A stretch of 64,000 bases of DNA from Natronomonas sp. (GCA_047617305.1 JBLGCL010000001.1:5936-69935), one strand, 5' to 3'; positions 42,142 to 51,587 are shown, counted from the first letter of the stretch. Program-made: numbers and translations. Notes: generated by a model not told the origin, from the letters alone.

Positions 42142-43182
42142 ATGACCGAAGAGGGCGAGGATCCCGATCCGCACGGCACCCACGAACCGCCCGAGCGCGA
42201 GACCTTCGATCACGATCCGATCGGCCACGCGAGCGTCGACGGGGGGATGACCGTCGGCGACCTCGTCGACGCCTACGGCGACGCCGGCATCGGCGCGGCC
42301 GACCTCCACGAGGCCGTCGACGTCGCCACCGAGATGTTCGGCAGCGAGGACGCGACCGTTTTCATGGGGCTGGCCGGCGCGATGGTACCCGCCGGGATGC
42401 GCGAGGTCGTCTCGGAGCTGATCCGCGACGGCTACGTCGACGTCCTGGTGACCACCGGCGCCAACCTCACCCACGACGGCATCGAGGCGATCGGCGGGAA
42501 ACACCACCACGGGAGCGAGGAGCCGGAGGAAGGGACGACCCCCCGCGAGCACGACGAGACCCTCCGCGACGAGGAGGTCGACCGCATCTACAACGTCTAC
42601 CTGCCCCAGGAGTACTTCGCGGCCTTCGAGGAGCACCTCCGTTCCGAGGTCTTCCCGAACGTCGAGGAGACGGTGAGCATCCGGCGCCTGACCGAGGAAC
42701 TCGGCCGAGCCAACGCCACCGTCAACGAGCGCGAGGACGTCGAGGAGGACTCGGGCATCGCGGCGGCAGCGTACGAACACGACGTGCCGATCTACTGTCC
42801 CGCGATCCAGGATTCAGTGCTCGGCCTCCAGGCCTGGATGTACGGCCAGACCTCGGCCTTCCAGCTGGACGCCACGGCGGACATGACCGACCTCAACGAC
42901 CGGGCCTTCGAGGCCGACTCCGCGGGCGCCTTCCTCGTGGGCGGGGGCGTCCCGAAGAACTTCGTTCTCCAGACGATGCTCGTCGCGCCGCGGGCCTACG
43001 ACTACGCGGTCCAGTTGACGATGGACCCACCGCAGACCGGCGGCCTTTCCGGGGCGACGCTGGACGAGGCCCGGTCGTGGGGCAAGCTGGAGAAGGCCGC
43101 CCGCAACGCCTCCGTCTACGCCGACGCCACCATCACGCTCCCCATCGTCGTGGCCGCGGCACGCGAGCGGATCGAGGGGTGA
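42142..43182 (+). CDS. dys: deoxyhypusine synthase
   Basis: ORF 42142..43182. FMGLAGAMVPAGMR, LVTTGANLTHD, FLVGGGVPKNF and LDEARSWGKL (catalytic Lys). Confidence 0.93.
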   Translation: MTEEGEDPDPHGTHEPPERETFDHDPIGHASVDGGMTVGDLVDAYGDAGIGAADLHEAVDVATEMFGSEDATVFMGLAGAMVPAGMREVVSELIRDGYVDVLVTTGANLTHDGIEAIGGKHHHGSEEPEEGTTPREHDETLRDEEVDRIYNVYLPQEYFAAFEEHLRSEVFPNVEETVSIRRLTEELGRANATVNEREDVEEDSGIAAAAYEHDVPIYCPAIQDSVLGLQAWMYGQTSAFQLDATADMTDLNDRAFEADSAGAFLVGGGVPKNFVLQTMLVAPRAYDYAVQLTMDPPQTGGLSGATLDEARSWGKLEKAARNASVYADATITLPIVVAAARERIEG

Positions 43183-43414
43183 AATCGGCCGAACACCCGC
43201 GTCTTCGTTATCGATCAATAATCGGCCTGCAGTCGTCGCAAGTCGAGTTCCACGGGGATGAGAAAACTCGCCGTGGCCGAGGCGCGACCATCGCCCACTC
43301 GAAACGGGGTTCGTTCACGAGACAGGGAGCCGTTCGCCCCGACGGCCTCGCCCCACGACCGCCACGCCTGCCGCCACCGATGCCCCTTTGGCCCTCCCGC
43401 CGTACCCCTCGGAC

Positions 43415-44245
43415 ATGCTACGCGTCGGTGCCCACACCTCCATCGCGGGCGGCATTCACAACGCCGTCGACGAGCAGGTCGAGTACGACGGGAACTGCGG
43501 CCAGATCTTCACCCACTCCCCGCAGGTCTGGCAGGACCCGAACGTCGGCGACGATGAGGCCCGACAGTTCCGATCGCTCTCCGAGGACCACGGGGTCGGA
43601 CCCTGGGTGATCCACTCCTCGTACCTCGTGAACCTCTGTACGCCCAAGACCGACCTCCGTCGCAAGTCGGTCGAGTCGATGCAGGGGGAGGTGGACGCCG
43701 CGGCGAAACTCGGGATCGAGTACGTCAACGTCCACCTCGGCGCCCACACCGGCGCCGGCGTCGAGACCGGACTGGACAACGCCGCGAGCGCGCTCGACGA
43801 ACTCGACGTGCCCGACGGCGTGACCGTGCTGGTCGAGAGCGACGCCGGCAGCGGGACGAAACTCGGCGGGGACTTCGAGCACTTCGCGGCGGTTCTCGAC
43901 CGGAGCGAACGGGATCTGGAGGTCTGTCTCGACACGGCGCACATGTTCTCGGCGGGCTACGACCTCTCCACGCCCGCAGCCGTCGACGAAACTGTCGCCG
44001 AGTTCGACGAGGTAGTGGGTCTCGAGAACCTGGCGTGCATCCACCTCAACGACTCGAAGCACGAGTGCGGGACGAACAAGGACGAGCACGCCCACGTCGG
44101 CGAGGGCAAGATCGGCGAGGACGGCATGCGTGCCGTGATCAATCACGACGACCTCAGGGACCTGCCGTTCGTCCTGGAGACGCCGACCGAGGGCGGCAAG
44201 AGCTTCGCCTGGAACGTCGAGCGCGTGAAAGAACTGCGAGAGTGA
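43415..44245 (+). CDS. nfo: deoxyribonuclease IV (endonuclease IV)
   Basis: Lies within ORF 43388..44245. The ATG at 43415 gives [13 protein letters not shown]. Then [31 protein letters not shown] and HAHVGEG. Confidence 0.92.
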   Translation: MLRVGAHTSIAGGIHNAVDEQVEYDGNCGQIFTHSPQVWQDPNVGDDEARQFRSLSEDHGVGPWVIHSSYLVNLCTPKTDLRRKSVESMQGEVDAAAKLGIEYVNVHLGAHTGAGVETGLDNAASALDELDVPDGVTVLVESDAGSGTKLGGDFEHFAAVLDRSERDLEVCLDTAHMFSAGYDLSTPAAVDETVAEFDEVVGLENLACIHLNDSKHECGTNKDEHAHVGEGKIGEDGMRAVINHDDLRDLPFVLETPTEGGKSFAWNVERVKELRE

Positions 44246-44331
44246 GGGAGTGAGGGCTGAGCCGGTCGAAAACGTTCGGGCGCCCCCAAGTTTCCAGAAA
44301 GAGTTTACCGGTATCGACACGATCGACGGCT

Positions 44332-44742
44332 GTGCCCTCCCGAAGGGAATACCTGACATCGGTCGTCGGGATCGCGTTACTCGCCGGGTGCTCGTCCAGC
44401 GAGCCGGATCCATCGTCGGACGCGTCAACGCAAACGCCGACGAAACCACCGCTTACCCGGGAACTTCCCCAGCTCATCGTGACCAACCGAACGGACCGGC
44501 CGCAAACGCTCACCCTTCGAGTTGCACCGGAAGGAGGGACGACGAAGGCAGATTCGTGGGACCTGTCCCCGGGCAGTAAACGGGAAGTCCAGTCGTACCC
44601 GCCGCTCGAAACGGACGCGAGGGTGACCGCCATCGTCGAAGGATACGAATCGATCGAGTACGACTGGAAGGGGGCTGGTGGCGGAGCCCTGTCCGTCTCG
44701 ATCACTCCCGACGGACTATCGATGGAACCGATAATCACGTAG
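44332..44742 (+). CDS. hypothetical secreted lipoprotein
   Basis: ORF 44332..44742 (GTG start). PSRREYLTSVVGIALLAGCSS is a signal peptide plus lipobox. A Ser/Thr/Pro linker and then a small beta-rich-looking domain follow. Confidence 0.58.
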   Translation: MPSRREYLTSVVGIALLAGCSSSEPDPSSDASTQTPTKPPLTRELPQLIVTNRTDRPQTLTLRVAPEGGTTKADSWDLSPGSKREVQSYPPLETDARVTAIVEGYESIEYDWKGAGGGALSVSITPDGLSMEPIIT

Positions 44743-44856
44743 CTCGTCGGTCGAATCTGCTGTTGTCGAACCCGGGGCGTGAACGTCTCCGACGCCCGTC
44801 GACGCCCTCCCAGTGGGGATCGATGTCCCGTACAGTCGAATTCCGTCAGGAACCAG

Positions 44857-45870
44857 TCACCGTTCGATCGACTTCGCCGTCTCGACGAACGCTTCGACGC
44901 CCTCGACCGGCGTGTCCTTGTTCACGCCGTGGCCGAGGTTCAGGACGTGCCCCTCGGGCCCGGCCTTCTCGATCACCTCGCGAGTCCGCTCCCGGACGTG
45001 CTCCGGCCCGCCGAAGAGGTGGGCGGGATCGAGGTTGCCCTGCACCGGCGTGTCGCTCAGTTCCTCGCGGGCGGTCGCCATGTCGACGGTCCAGTCGAGC
45101 CCGACGACGTCGGCGCCGGCGTCGGCGAGCAGGTCGAGGTTGCCGCTGACGTTGCGGACAAAGGCGATGGTCGGCACGTCCATGGCGTCGAAAATCTCGC
45201 GGTGGAGCGGAAGCAGCAACTCGCGGTACTCCCCGGGCGGGAGGACGCCGGCGTAGGTGTCGAACAGTTGCACCACGTCGGCGCCGGCCCGCTCCTGGTA
45301 GGCGAGGTAATCGGCGACGACGTCGGCGAACGCACGGAGCAGTCGGTCGAACGCGTCGGGATGCTCGACGCGGAAGCGACGGGTCGTCACGTAATTGCGG
45401 GACGATCCGCCCTCGAGGACGTACGAGGCGAGCGTGAACGGCCCGCCGGCGAAGCCGATGACTGCAGCGTCCCCGCCCAGGTGGCCGGTCAGCCGATCCA
45501 GCAGGGCCCCCACGTAGTCGATGGCCTCGTCCACGGGCTCGTGCGACCCCGGCTCCGGGACGGCCTCAGGACCCTCGATCGGGTTCTCGATCACCGGCCC
45601 CACGCCGGACTCGATGTGGTACTGGAACCCCAGCGGTTCGAGCACCGTGAGGATGTCCGAGTACATCACGACGCCGTCGACGCCGAAACGCTCGTAGGGC
45701 TGGAGGGAGATCTCCTCGGCGACGGCGGGCGTCTTGATCGCCTCGAGGAAGCTGTACTCCTCGCGAACGTCGTGATACTCGGGGAGGTAGCGCCCGGCCT
45801 GCCGCATCAGCCACACCGGCGGCCGGTCGGTGCGTTCGCCGCGGGCGGCCCGGAGGAAGCGGTCTCGCAT
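44857..45870 (-). CDS. hemE: uroporphyrinogen decarboxylase
   Basis: Lies within ORF 44857..45987. The internal ATG (cat at 45868-45870) gives MRDRFLRAARGERTDRPPVWLMRQAGRYLPEY, followed by FDTYAG and NLGHG. Confidence 0.93.
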   Translation of the reverse strand: MRDRFLRAARGERTDRPPVWLMRQAGRYLPEYHDVREEYSFLEAIKTPAVAEEISLQPYERFGVDGVVMYSDILTVLEPLGFQYHIESGVGPVIENPIEGPEAVPEPGSHEPVDEAIDYVGALLDRLTGHLGGDAAVIGFAGGPFTLASYVLEGGSSRNYVTTRRFRVEHPDAFDRLLRAFADVVADYLAYQERAGADVVQLFDTYAGVLPPGEYRELLLPLHREIFDAMDVPTIAFVRNVSGNLDLLADAGADVVGLDWTVDMATAREELSDTPVQGNLDPAHLFGGPEHVRERTREVIEKAGPEGHVLNLGHGVNKDTPVEGVEAFVETAKSIER

Positions 45871-46004
45871 CGCCGCGACGGTACGGCGAGGGAATAAAAA
45901 GACGTTCGGTCCCGGCGGCGATCCCGTCAACGGCCCCTTCGGTCGGCGGAAGCGTGCGACCGGGAGCCGTGACGCCCCTTCGCTCACCTATCAACGACCT
46001 ATTA

Positions 46005-46011
46005 TTTTATA
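46005..46011 (+). promoter_or_regulatory. TATA box (TTTTATA) 30 nt upstream of the ATG at 46035
   Basis: CCTATTATTTTATAGCATC is the only AT-rich patch in the hemE / bactofilin-like divergent spacer. Confidence 0.5.
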
Positions 46012-46034
46012 GCATCACAAGTCGTATTGGCCGT

Positions 46035-47096
46035 ATGAACAGTCGGATTTCGACACGGAAAGGTGTAATATTCCTGATCACACTCCTCGTCGTCCTGGGG
46101 AGCGTTCCGGGCCTGGCGGCGGCCGACAGGACGCAGGCCGGCGGAACCATCGTCGTCGAGGCCGGCGAAACGGTTCGGGGCGACCTGACCGCCATGGGCG
46201 GGAGCGTCGTCATACGCGGGACCGTCACCGGGGACGTACGGGCGTTCGCCGGGTCGGTCGACATCGAAGGGACCGTCCGCGGGAACGTCGAGGGCGCCGC
46301 CGGCAGCGTGACCGTCGGCCAGTCCGGCGTCGTCGGGGGCGACCTCAACGCCGGCGCCGGCAGCATCACGATCGACGGGACCGTTCGGGGCGACCTGAAA
46401 GCCGGTGCCGAGACGATCACGCTCGGCCCCAACGCCGTCGTCGAGGGCGACGTCCGGTACGACGGGAAGCTCAACCGGGCGAACGGCGCGACCGTCGGCG
46501 GGACCGTCACCCGCGACAGCTCGATCGGGGGCGTCAGCTTCGTGCCGTCGGTCCCGAGCTGGACCCTGGACGTTTACGGCCTCCTGGTGAACCTGGCCTT
46601 CGCGGCCGCCCTGCTGCTCGTCTTCCCGCGGTTCACCGACGGAATGGGCGAGCGAACCGTCGGTTCGCCCGGCCGCACCGCCGGTGCGGGCCTGATCGCG
46701 CTGATCGGGATCCCGGTCCTCCTGATCGCGTTCGCGATCACGATCATCGGCATCCCGATTACGATCATGGGCATCTTCGTGTTCGCGCTGCTGCTGTGGA
46801 TCGGGTTCGTCATGGGTCGGTACGTCGTCGGCACCTGGATCCTGTCGTACACCGACTTCGAGGGACGCTGGGCCGCGCTTTTGGTGGGGTTCCTCGTGGT
46901 CGGCGTGCTCGCCCTCGTGCCGTTCGTCGGGTGGGTGTTCGATCTCGCAGCGCTCCTGCTCGGCCTGGGAGCCCTCGTGCTCGGCTTCCGGGCGTTGTAT
47001 CGGGCGCGGGGCGAACCGAAAGAGCCGGTCGAAGCCGAGGGTGAAGCCGGAGACGAAGGCGTCTCCGACGACACAGAACCGCAACCCGGGACCTGA
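46035..47096 (+). CDS. bactofilin-like (polymer-forming cytoskeletal/DUF583-type) beta-helix repeat domain fused to a polytopic membrane domain
   Basis: Lies within ORF 45954..47096, starting at the ATG at 46035. An N-terminal signal/TM segment is followed by repeats such as GDLTAMGGSVVIRGTVTGDVRAFAGSVDIEGTVRGNVEGAAGSVTVGQSGVVGGDLNAGAGSITIDGTVRGDL. Then come 4-5 TM helices and an acidic tail. Confidence 0.8.
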   Translation: MNSRISTRKGVIFLITLLVVLGSVPGLAAADRTQAGGTIVVEAGETVRGDLTAMGGSVVIRGTVTGDVRAFAGSVDIEGTVRGNVEGAAGSVTVGQSGVVGGDLNAGAGSITIDGTVRGDLKAGAETITLGPNAVVEGDVRYDGKLNRANGATVGGTVTRDSSIGGVSFVPSVPSWTLDVYGLLVNLAFAAALLLVFPRFTDGMGERTVGSPGRTAGAGLIALIGIPVLLIAFAITIIGIPITIMGIFVFALLLWIGFVMGRYVVGTWILSYTDFEGRWAALLVGFLVVGVLALVPFVGWVFDLAALLLGLGALVLGFRALYRARGEPKEPVEAEGEAGDEGVSDDTEPQPGT

Positions 47097-47174
47097 ACCG
47101 ACGTTGCGACCCTGGAGTTCGACGGAGAGTTCTCGAACGACAGCCTGAAATCGTCGTCTCCCCCACCACCGCTC

Positions 47175-47372
47175 ATGCACGTGACCGTCGAGGTCGCCGG
47201 CGGGGAGACCCACGAAGTCGACCTCGAGGAGCCGACGTACGCCGACTGTGCGAAGGCCGTGGGCTACAGTCCACACGAGGTCTCGGTGCTGGTTGACGGT
47301 CGCCCGGTCCCGGAGGACCAGCCCGTCGAGACCGATCGCGTGACCGTGTTGCGCATGGTGAGGGGTGGATAA
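47175..47372 (+). CDS. samp2: ubiquitin-like small archaeal modifier protein (SAMP2-like, ThiS/MoaD beta-grasp) ending in Gly-Gly
   Basis: ORF 47175..47372 (65 aa): MHVTVEVAGGETHEVDLEEPTYADCAKAVGYSPHEVSVLVDGRPVPEDQPVETDRVTVLRMVRGG. It closely resembles the Haloferax SAMP2 pattern as I recall it and has the C-terminal diglycine. Confidence 0.85.
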   Translation: MHVTVEVAGGETHEVDLEEPTYADCAKAVGYSPHEVSVLVDGRPVPEDQPVETDRVTVLRMVRGG

Positions 47373-47475
47373 GTGGCGTCCTCCCGTCGGTCGTGGCGGG
47401 TGGCCGACGGTAGCCACTGAAATCCCCCCGAACGCCCGGGACATCCTTTTGTCCGGCCAGCCGGTACCGTACGGC

Positions 47476-47985
47476 GTGACCGTCGACCTCCAGTTCACGC
47501 TCCCGAACGTCGGCGCGGGGGCGGACCCGTGCTCGTTCGACGATCTGGCGAACGAGCACGACGCCCTCTGTCTCCTCCTCCAGCGTGACTACTACTGTAC
47601 GAACTGTCGAAAGCAGGTGCAGGCCGTTGCCGACCGGTACGACGAGTTCCAGGACCGCCGCTCGGAAGTGGTCTCGGTCGTTCCGGAAGCGCCCGAAACG
47701 CTCCAGGGATGGCAGGACGCCTACGACCTGCCCTATCCCCTGCTCGCGGACCCCGAGGTCGCGATCGGGGGCGCGACCGACCAGCCGGTCCGGTTCGGCC
47801 TGCTCGGCCGGTTGAGCGACTTCTTCGGACGGATGCCCCAGGCGCTCGTGATCGACGTCCGCGAGGAGCCCGAAATCGCGTGGAGTTACAGCGGGCGATC
47901 GACGTTTGACCGCCCATCGATCGACGAGATCCTGGCCGAGATCGACCGGCTTCGCGACGGCTCCGCCGACGATGCACGTGCGTGA
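47476..47985 (+). CDS. redoxin/thioredoxin-fold protein (AhpC/TSA-like) with a CxxC motif
   Basis: Lies within ORF 47365..47985. The probable start is the GTG at 47476 (VTVDLQFTLPNVGAG). LLLQRDYYCTNCRKQV contains CxxC. The start at GTG 47365, overlapping the SAMP stop, cannot be excluded. Confidence 0.78.
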   Translation: MTVDLQFTLPNVGAGADPCSFDDLANEHDALCLLLQRDYYCTNCRKQVQAVADRYDEFQDRRSEVVSVVPEAPETLQGWQDAYDLPYPLLADPEVAIGGATDQPVRFGLLGRLSDFFGRMPQALVIDVREEPEIAWSYSGRSTFDRPSIDEILAEIDRLRDGSADDARA

Positions 47986-48409
47986 GGCGCGACCGGCCGA
48001 CCGGGTCGACGTCAGGCGGGTGCTGGACGCGGCGATGCTCGACGCCGAGGGTCTGCCTGCCCGGATCGAGGCGGGGGACGTCCTCGTCGCCGTCGCGGAC
48101 GATCGGGTGCTCGGCGCGTGCGTCCTCGTCCCGCCCGACGACGCGCCGGACTGGGTTGCCCGGGTTGGCGTCGAGGGTGGTCTCGAGCGGGGGATCGACG
48201 CCCACGTCGAGGCGATCGCAGTCCGGCGACGCCGACGTGGCGAGGGGATCGGCGGGGCGCTGATCGATCGCGCCGGGGGGCGCGGCGCGCTTTCGGCCGC
48301 GTTCGAGGCAGACGTTCGCCCGTTCTACGAGAACCTGGGGTTCGACGTCCTGGACGGGAAAACGCCGGACGGTCGGTTGCGCGCCGTGTGGACGGCGGGG
48401 CGGACCTGA
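47972..48409 (+). CDS. GNAT-family N-acetyltransferase
   Basis: Lies within ORF 47906..48409. The ATG at 47972 gives MHVREARPADRVDVRRVLDAAML... The acetyl-CoA motif VRRRRRGEGIGGALI is followed by FYENLGF. It overlaps the redoxin gene by 14 nt. Confidence 0.8.
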   Translation: MHVREARPADRVDVRRVLDAAMLDAEGLPARIEAGDVLVAVADDRVLGACVLVPPDDAPDWVARVGVEGGLERGIDAHVEAIAVRRRRRGEGIGGALIDRAGGRGALSAAFEADVRPFYENLGFDVLDGKTPDGRLRAVWTAGRT

Positions 48410-48437
48410 AGGAGTCGGACGGGGTTACTCCCGCCGC

Positions 48438-49826
48438 TTACAGGGCTACCTCGACCAGTGCTCGGCCCTCGGACAGCAACTCGTCCACCCGCCGTTCGCT
48501 CTCGGCCTCGGCGTAGACCCGCAGTTTCGGCTCGGTCCCGCTCGGGCGAACCAGCAGCCACGACCCGTCGGCGAGCAGGAGTTTGAACCCGTCGACGGTC
48601 ACCACGTCCTCGACGTCGACGCCCGCCACGGCGTCCGGGATCTCGCCCTCGAGGTCGTCCAGAACCCGGGCTTTCTCCGCGTCGGGGCAGTCGACGGAAA
48701 CCTTGTCCTGGTGGATCTCGCCGTGTTCGTCGAGCAGACGGTCGACGCGGTCGTCGAGCGACTCTTCGGCGTCGGCGACCCCGGCCAGCAGGGCGATCAG
48801 GACGCCGTCCTTCTCGGGGACGTGCCCCCGGATCGAGAACCCGCCGGACTCCTCGCCGCCGATCAGGGCGTCGTGCTCTCCCATGGCGTCGGCGACCCAC
48901 TTGAACCCGACCGCCGTCTCGACGACGGACTCGCCGTGAGCCTCGGCCACCCGGTCGATCAGGAACGTCGTCGAGACGGTGCGGACGGCGGGGCCGACGT
49001 CGTCCTCCAGGAGGTAGTCGTAGATCGCGGCGAAGAAGCGGTTCTCGTCCAGGAACCCGCGGTCCGGCGTGACCACGGCGATCCGGTCGGCGTCGCCGTC
49101 GTTGGCGATCCCGAGGTCGGCGTCGCCGTCGCGAACGGTGTCCACGAGGGCCTCGAGGTTTTCCTCGCTCGGTTCGGGCGGGGTCCCGCCGAAGGCGTCG
49201 TCCTGCGAGCAGCGTCGGCGTTGGACGGTCGCGCCCGCCCGTTCGAGGAGCGCGTCGGTCGTGTCGCGGCCGCTGCCGTGCATCGCGTCGTAGACGATCG
49301 TCCGCCCGCTGAGGGGTTCCTCGACGCCGTTCCCCACCAAGTCCAGGGCGTGCTCGGCGTGGGGGTCCACGAGATCCACCTCGCGAACCTCGCCCCACTC
49401 GGATTCGGGCAGGGACTCCGGTTCGCGGAGGTTTGCCTCGATGGCGTCGGTTACCTCCGGGAGCGCCGGCGCGCCGTCGTCGGGGATGAACTTCACGCCG
49501 TTGTACTCCGGCGGGTTGTGCGAGGCGGTGATCATCAGGCCGCCCGCGAGGCCCCGGTCCACGATTGCGTAGGCGACCAGCGGCGTCGGCCGGTCGCGTT
49601 CGGGCACGAGGACGTCGTGGCCGTTGGCACAGAGCACCCGGGCGAGTTCCTCGGCGAACCCCCGCGAGGTCGGTCGGGCGTCGTAGCCGACGACGACCGT
49701 CTCGCCCGCCCGGCCCTCGTCGGCGAGGTAGTCGGCGACCGCCTGTCCGACAGTCCGCACCCGCGGTGCCGTGAACGTATCGAGCGTCGCCCGCCAGCCG
49801 TCGGTCCCGAACGAGATCGCGTCCAT
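48438..49826 (-). CDS. phosphoglucomutase/phosphomannomutase family protein
   Basis: Lies within ORF 48438..49964. The internal ATG (cat at 49824-49826) gives MDAISFGTDGWRA. The phosphoserine loop is ITASHNPPEYNGVKF, the Mg loop is NDGDADR, and GEESGG follows. Confidence 0.92.
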   Translation of the reverse strand: MDAISFGTDGWRATLDTFTAPRVRTVGQAVADYLADEGRAGETVVVGYDARPTSRGFAEELARVLCANGHDVLVPERDRPTPLVAYAIVDRGLAGGLMITASHNPPEYNGVKFIPDDGAPALPEVTDAIEANLREPESLPESEWGEVREVDLVDPHAEHALDLVGNGVEEPLSGRTIVYDAMHGSGRDTTDALLERAGATVQRRRCSQDDAFGGTPPEPSEENLEALVDTVRDGDADLGIANDGDADRIAVVTPDRGFLDENRFFAAIYDYLLEDDVGPAVRTVSTTFLIDRVAEAHGESVVETAVGFKWVADAMGEHDALIGGEESGGFSIRGHVPEKDGVLIALLAGVADAEESLDDRVDRLLDEHGEIHQDKVSVDCPDAEKARVLDDLEGEIPDAVAGVDVEDVVTVDGFKLLLADGSWLLVRPSGTEPKLRVYAEAESERRVDELLSEGRALVEVAL

Positions 49827-49947
49827 ATCGGCGCATGCGCGGGGTGGCCGAAAAAACCCGCGGAGGGCGGTCATCGTCGATGTCCCCGCAGCGGTCGATT
49901 TTCCCGCGGGCGACGCCCCTTTACCCGTCAGGACCCCATCGCCGACA

Positions 49948-50547
49948 ATGAGTCCCCCCACCATCGTCGCCGTCGCCGGGAGTTTGCGCGACGGAAGCTA
50001 CACTCGCACCGCACTGAAGTACGCCCTCGACGCCGCCGAGCGGAGCGGCGCGGAGACCGACCTGATCGACCTCCGGAAGTACGACCTCCCGGTGTTCGAT
50101 CCCGACCTGGACGACGCCGAGCAGGGCGACGCGGAACGACTGACGGAACGCGTTCGGGGGGCCGACGGCGTAATCCTCGGGTCCCCGGTCTATCACGGGT
50201 CGTACTCGGGGGCGGTCCGGAACTTCCACGACTACTGTTCGTTCGACGAGTACGAGGACACCGTCGTGGGGCTCCTGGCGACCGCCGGCGGCGGGTCGTA
50301 CGCGAGCACGCTCGATCACCTCCGGATCACGGTTCGGGGGGTACACGGGCGGGTGATCCCTCACCAGGTCGGGATCCGCAACGCGTCGGACCGGTTCGAG
50401 GTCGACGAGACCGCGCCGGAGGGCCGGGCGTTCGTCGACGACGACCTCCGGGAGCGGGTCGAGCGACTCGGGCGGGACCTCGTCGAGGAAGCGGGCCGTC
50501 TCGACCGGGAACGGACCGACTGGCGGGCGGCCAGCGCCGACGATTGA
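49948..50547 (+). CDS. NADPH-dependent FMN reductase family protein
   Basis: Lies within ORF 49771..50547. The ATG at 49948 gives MSPPTIVAVAGSLRDGSYTRTAL...GVILGSPVYHGSYSGAVRNFHDY. Confidence 0.87.
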   Translation: MSPPTIVAVAGSLRDGSYTRTALKYALDAAERSGAETDLIDLRKYDLPVFDPDLDDAEQGDAERLTERVRGADGVILGSPVYHGSYSGAVRNFHDYCSFDEYEDTVVGLLATAGGGSYASTLDHLRITVRGVHGRVIPHQVGIRNASDRFEVDETAPEGRAFVDDDLRERVERLGRDLVEEAGRLDRERTDWRAASADD

Positions 50548-50548
50548 C

Positions 50549-50812
50549 TCAGGACTCGTGCTCGGTCGACGACTCGACGAGCCGTTCCTTCGCCGCGCGC
50601 GCGAGCGACTTGATCTCGTGTTCGCGAGTCATCGCCGCGGATCGGGAGTCGAACCGCTCGACGTGCACGACAGACACCGGGGTCCGGCCCCGGGTGTACT
50701 TCGCACCTTCGCCGGCGTCGTGTTCGCGGACGCGGCGCTCGAGGTCGGTCGTATAGCCGGTGTAGAACGTCCCGTCGGCACACTCGAGGACGTACACGTA
50801 GTGGTCGGTCAC
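50549..50812 (-). CDS. GIY-YIG nuclease superfamily protein (UPF0213-type, 87 aa)
   Basis: ORF 50549..50812: [40 protein letters not shown]...REHEIK. Confidence 0.87.
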   Translation of the reverse strand: MTDHYVYVLECADGTFYTGYTTDLERRVREHDAGEGAKYTRGRTPVSVVHVERFDSRSAAMTREHEIKSLARAAKERLVESSTEHES

Positions 50813-50986
50813 GGGAGTGACCTTGGGAGCGGGAACTAAGGGGCTCCCGGTCGACGGTCCCGGCGCGACGGCAGGTGGGCCCGGACTCGACGCGCAGTCA
50901 GGGCGAGGCGGAGTCCCGGGGCCGGGTCGTCTCGAAGCGACGAGAAAGGTCGGGAGAGACGGTCGTTCGGGCTGGACGTCTGGCGG

Positions 50987-51136
50987 TCAGGTGCTACGGG
51001 CACGTTCCAGCGCGACTTCGGCGATGCCGGCGTTGGCCGAGCAACTCGGGCACGCGAGTACGCGCCCCCCGTCGTCCTCGAAGACGCGGGCAAACTGGTC
51101 GGAAACGTGCGCGCCGCAGTGGTCACATTGTGGCAT
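50987..51136 (-). CDS. small zinc-ribbon protein (49 aa, CxxC...CxxC)
   Basis: This is the C-terminal part of ORF 50987..51289. The internal ATG (cat at 51134-51136) gives MPQCDHCGAHVSDQFARVFEDDGGRVLACPSCSANAGIAEVALERARST. The upstream extension is AT-rich with atypical codons. Confidence 0.58.
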   Translation of the reverse strand: MPQCDHCGAHVSDQFARVFEDDGGRVLACPSCSANAGIAEVALERARST

Positions 51137-51587
51137 GGTGCGTTCCTGGACGGGGTCCGTCCTACATGCAACCCTTCGTACTGAGGGCTTATATAACCTG
51201 TCCAAAATCACTTGTGAGTTTGCGATCGTGCAATGTCCGAGGGTTATTCTATCATTATTGATTGTGTTTAGTTCACTCTGGTTGGTCATTCACGAACTAT
51301 CTTTCCCGATTGGTTATCCCCTCGTAATCCGCCGCGTTGGAATCGAGGCGGAGACCGACGGACGGGCGGCCGATCAGGTCGATCATCCGCACAAATCGAC
51401 CGTGTCCCCCGTGACGACGGTGGCTCGGCAGGGGCTCCCCGTCGAAATCCGACGTTCGGGTCCACGGCGCGACTGGTTTCCCGGAACGGTCGCCTGTTAG
51501 TAACCCCCAATACAATTGTTATCAAATACGATACGGGGACCCACTAACGGGAGTTTCAGCCCCTGTACCACGACGATACAGGAACTC

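Noticed and set aside
50987-51289. The 100-aa version of the zinc-ribbon ORF, including MTNQSELNTINNDRITLGHCTIANSQVILDRLYK.
   Set aside because: That extension is encoded by the AT-rich island, with codon usage and amino-acid composition (Asn, Ile, Thr) unlike every other protein in the window. The 49-aa version starting MPQCDHCG is retained.
51170-51300. The AT-rich island as a replication origin.
   Set aside because: No ORB-type repeats (GTTCCAGTGGAAAC-like with a G-string) are visible, and no orc1/cdc6 gene is adjacent. Promoter regions of the flanking small genes, or a foreign remnant, are simpler explanations.
51436-51460. A T-loop-like sequence (gtcgaaatccgac), and similar GTTCGAA/GTTTGAA strings elsewhere, as tRNA genes.
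   Set aside because: No acceptor, D or anticodon arms can be drawn around them. The loop is not the canonical TTCGAAT/TTCAAAT within a 5-bp stem. The GGTTTGAA(C/T)-type strings in spacers look like TATA/BRE-type promoter elements.
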